A stretch of 63,984 nucleotides of DNA, counting the filler, from Octopus bimaculoides (taxonomy: Eukaryota): assembly GCF_001194135.2 (NCBI RefSeq). It is 7 parts of 6 records of this genome, joined end to end, with 100 filler letters (N's around TTAATTAATTAA, not from the genome) between each part and the next. Parts side by side here need not be neighbours in the genome. Positions count along the whole stretch, not along the records: positions 59,964 to 62,813 come from NC_068995.1; positions 62,914 to 63,984 come from NC_069006.1; 5 more parts are not named here. One strand, given 5' to 3'. The notes under the pieces were generated by a model. That model did no database searches. It was given only the letters and a program-made list of their open reading frames with translations, and was not told the origin of the DNA. A program made the position numbers and the translations under genes. Below, piece after piece: positions 61,513 through 63,984 of the stretch (the stretch's first letter is position 1; each line of letters opens with the position of its first letter).

Positions 61513-62813
61513 CGTGTGTGTACTTAATTTTAAGATATTGAAGCAGAGCATCGAACACATGACAGTATGCATATTTTGATGAATGAATCTATGCATGAAT
61601 TTCTGTATGGATCGACGGAAAGACAAGCAAAATTGAACAGACGAATTTATTATTACCTCCAATGTTATACAGAAATTTCTTCTATTGGAGTGTTTTATTA
61701 CATGAAACCGGACAGTTTTTTTTAAAGGAAGATGATTAGAATAAACGACTCCAATATTTTAATTCTACGTATAACACTGTAGATAAGCATTTAATAGAAA
61801 CCGTTTCCATAATATAAACCGCCATTTAAGTGTCTACATAGATTAATGCAATGAGTGTTTAATGACTTCATTTTGCTTCTTATATTGTACAGTTCCTTCT
61901 GAATGGAGAATACCACAGTAGATTGTACCTTTCATATGTATATATATTTAATACAAATGATTATGTCATTATGTTACAAAGTGGTTAATAAAATATTCTT
62001 CTTCTTTGAGATAAGCTATCGTAGACATATACGAATTGAAATTTGCTTATTTTATACAATGTATATCTATAAAATCATCGTGTTTCTTTGTATCATTCTA
62101 TCTGCTTTGAACAGAAATGGGCCAATATAATGCCTTAAATAACTAATTAATTTGTAGAGGTGAGGTCACATTCAACGTATCTATCTCTGACCTTACAGGC
62201 ATACGTTCAAATATCTTCTGGTGATGACAACCCAATCGTTTTTTTTTCTCAGGTATTACATCCAAACAGCACTATTTTATCGAATGAGCTTTTCATTCGA
62301 AAGAAAGTGTGATGACATGAGAACGATATTTCGACAGTTAGAAATGTAACTGTTGGCTGACCGAATATTTTGTCCCTTGATCGTTCAAAATATGTAAATA
62401 TATTTCAAGGCTTTAAGAAGACAATACATCATTTTGAAATCATGTGATATCACTCTAGCATTTACTTCAGCAATAATACGGTGAACTATTAAGAGACTTC
62501 CTGTAGATGTGTGTATCTTTGCATGGAGCAGTGCATTTCCTCTTTCTAACATTTGTAGTAATTCTTTGAGAAAAGGAGTTCATAACCAAGTAAATATCAC
62601 CCCCTACAGCTATCCTTATGATCATCTCAAAATAAATAAATAAAAAAAATATTACGCCATTGCAATTGAAAGAATGATTGTGAATGATATGGATTTTTTG
62701 GTATCATGCGTGGCTGATAGTCACTGTTAGAATGGTAGCATCAGAAGACAAGTTAATGTTTAGCATCGAAATGTTTATTAGATACTGAAGCAATATATAT
62801 ATATATATATATA

Positions 62814-62913
62814 NNNNNNNNNNNNNNNNNNNNNNNNNNNNNNNNNNNNNNNNNNNNTTAATTAATTAANNNNNNNNNNNNNNNNNNNNNNNNNNNNNNN
62901 NNNNNNNNNNNNN
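62814..62913. other. Assembly linker 44N-TTAATTAATTAA-44N
   Basis: Direct sequence. Confidence 0.95.
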
Positions 62914-62983
62914 AGATAGATAGATATAGGTAAGTAGATAGATTTTAAAATATGAATATAGATATATGTATACATACGTACAA

Positions 62984-63047
<64 letters not shown>

Positions 63048-63189
63048 TTCTATATTTATATATCATGTATATTATATTAAATATATGCATAATGTACATT
63101 CCTATACATTATGCATATTTATATGCAGTGAGAGCTATCAATGATCGTGAGGCAATGTGCCGATCGACATCGCTGTGTTTACTTCGCAA

Positions 63190-63746
63190 GTTGTGAAATT
63201 TGTGGTATTCTGATCACGTCTATGCTGTAGTTAGCGATTGTTGTCACGGACATGAAGCTGGAACAAAGAACCAACGCGATCTTTTGGCGTTAAACGTGTG
63301 AAATCTGCCACAGAGGCATTGAGCGTGCTTCAGCAAGCTTACGCAATGTTTTGAGTTACACGACTGATTCAAAAGCTACGAAAGAGCATCCCCATGTTTT
63401 TTGTTTTTTTTAGACATCCGCGGTATTGTCCATCGAGAATTCGCTCCCAGATCCAGACCGTCAATCGAGAGTTCTACTGCCACGTCTGAAGCATTTGAGG
63501 AAGGATATTCGGCGAAAGCAAACGGATCTGTGGAGGGCGTAGAATTGGATTCTTCGCGACGCCAATGCACCCTGTCCCTGGCTCTCCTCACTCGTAAGTT
63601 TCTTGCCCATAACAACATAGTATCAATTCCGTACCCACCCAATTCGCCAGATTTAGCACCTACGGACTTCATTCTTTTCCCCAAGTTGAAAATGCAGCTC
63701 AGTGATCGTTATAACCAGTCCGGGAACCTTTTGATGCCACCTCGTA
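63190..63746 (+). mobile_element. Internally deleted mariner transposon with 3' TIR
   Basis: N-terminal MKLEQRTN..KSATEAL..LQQAY; FFLDIRGIVHREF; YPPNSPDLAPTDFILFPKLK (YSPDLAP motif); 3' end reads TACGAGG on the minus strand, followed by TA. Confidence 0.85.
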
Positions 63747-63764
63747 TATATGGATATACACACA

Positions 63765-63942
63765 TGTTCTTTTATTCGTTTCAGTCGTTTGACTGCGGCC
63801 ATGCCGGAGCACCGCCTTTTTAGTCGAACAAGTCGACCCAAAGACTTATTCTTTGGAAGCTTAGTACTTATTCTATCAGTCTCTTTTGCCGAACCGGGGA
63901 GGTAAACACACCAACATCGGTTGTCAAGCGATGATGGGGGAG

Positions 63943-63950
<8 letters not shown>
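63765..63950 (-). mobile_element. SINE family A 3' portion
   Basis: Collinear with 4010-4200. Confidence 0.85.
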
Positions 63951-63980
<30 letters not shown>

Positions 63981-63984
63981 TTAT

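Overview
Eukaryotic, AT-rich, heavily gapped genomic scaffold dominated by microsatellites, tRNA-derived SINEs and decayed transposons. The SINE families and microsatellite density are consistent with an octopod cephalopod (inference, not proven). There is no intact multi-exon gene, rRNA or CRISPR array, and most ORF-track entries are microsatellite or N-gap artefacts. Recognisable elements: a degenerate Penelope-like retroelement (RT + GIY-YIG, minus strand, ~1.0-2.8 kb), CR1-, RTE-, R4/Dong- and probable Tx1-like LINE fragments, two Tc1/mariner remnants, a non-autonomous Helitron, many SINEs (two head-to-tail arrays), and six 100-bp assembly linkers (44N-TTAATTAATTAA-44N). The most interesting signal is five different minimal type-I hammerhead ribozyme motifs (10.0, 24.1, 28.6, 53.4 and 57.5 kb) in short non-coding, Penelope-terminal-repeat or retrozyme-like elements. 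Two are nearly intact. One sits inside a 34-bp inverted repeat that would sequester its own cleavage site. Also noted: a 97%-identical 385-bp inverted duplication, a clustered CRE/Inr/ATG/donor module, and a few isolated candidate exons (low confidence).
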